Of a stretch of DNA of 64,000 bases, positions 63,308 to 64,000 are shown one piece after another. The position numbers were made by a program, and so were the translations under genes. Every line of letters starts with the position of its first letter. Position 1 is the first letter of the stretch. Under the pieces are notes generated by a model. It worked only from the letters and a program-made list of their open reading frames with translations, was not told the DNA's origin and did not search any database. This DNA comes from Klebsormidium nitens (Eukaryota > Plantae > Klebsormidiophyceae): assembly GCA_000708835.1 (NCBI GenBank), contig DF237385.1, positions 15,126 through 79,125 of the forward strand. The letters are read 5' to 3'.

Positions 63308-64000
63308 CTGCACAAGGCACAGAAGCCCGGGTTAAGGAACCACAGAAGCGGCAAAAACCCAAATTTACATTGGAAAACGGCGCCAGTGTCACGATTGATT
63401 CCGTTTTTCCTCCTGTACTCTCGGGCTTGGACACGACTGCGCCTCGACCAGTCCCGAGGTGAGCTTAGAATCATGCTCACCATCCTCGCTAACAGACGTA
63501 TGTCTGGACGCCGGCAACAGTTAACCTCGTAACCTAATACACGTCTCACTCTTCGTGAGGGTCAGAGGTCGACCTACTCTGGGAACCGACATTTGGACCG
63601 CATCACAATCCATACTCGGACACTGAGGTCTCGCCTTTTGGACAAGTAACTCCGAAAAGGTCGCCTCTCTGCAGCTCTAGTCTGGTCATGTCCATGGCCG
63701 CAGCGAGAAACGAGAGTATCTATGAAACTGGACAATTTGCAACGTCACATAGATGCAACTGCACTAGTCGACTCACGAATCCTGCGCGACATGGAAGCCC
63801 ACAAACAGTGTCCAGGACTCCAAGAAGATTGTAACCAGTCACAGCCACCACACACGCTCAATAGAAACGGTGAGGAACGAAAAATCCCAATAACAAAACC
63901 ACTTGTTCATAGGAAGACATATCCGCATCTGCTGCTAAAAGCTATCGCAAGTTGTCTAGCTTTCGAAGGGCGCCATTCAGGAAGGGAACCCAGAAACCAT

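Overview
Eukaryotic, intron-rich (GT-AG) genomic DNA at roughly 50% GC with two assembly gaps. The plant-type ATG101 and TAF15-like genes plus a flagellar CFAP96 homolog suggest a streptophyte alga (Klebsormidium-like; this is inference). Gene models were assembled by hand from splice sites and frame continuity: first exon of an EDEM-like GH47 mannosidase (-), a single-pass surface protein with a GAIN/GPS-like domain and an AGP-like stalk (+), ATG101 (-), a disrupted MYND zinc-finger gene (+), an unknown multi-exon gene (-), a TAF15/FET-like RRM + RanBP2-ZnF gene (+), CFAP96 (-), an OSBP-related protein (+), a CFA-synthase/CNMT-like methyltransferase (-) and the 3' part of a Crinkler/REase-like gene (-). 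There are also three inverted-repeat elements (one 940 bp with TTAA flanks). The most striking signal is in the methyltransferase gene. One exon sits between two tandem arrays made from its own ends: about 10 extra copies of the acceptor plus exon start (about 121 bp period, each with a hairpin) and about 5 extra copies of the exon end plus donor (about 172 bp period). Similar duplications spanning a splice site recur in a neighbouring exon, in ATG101 and in the TAF15-like gene.
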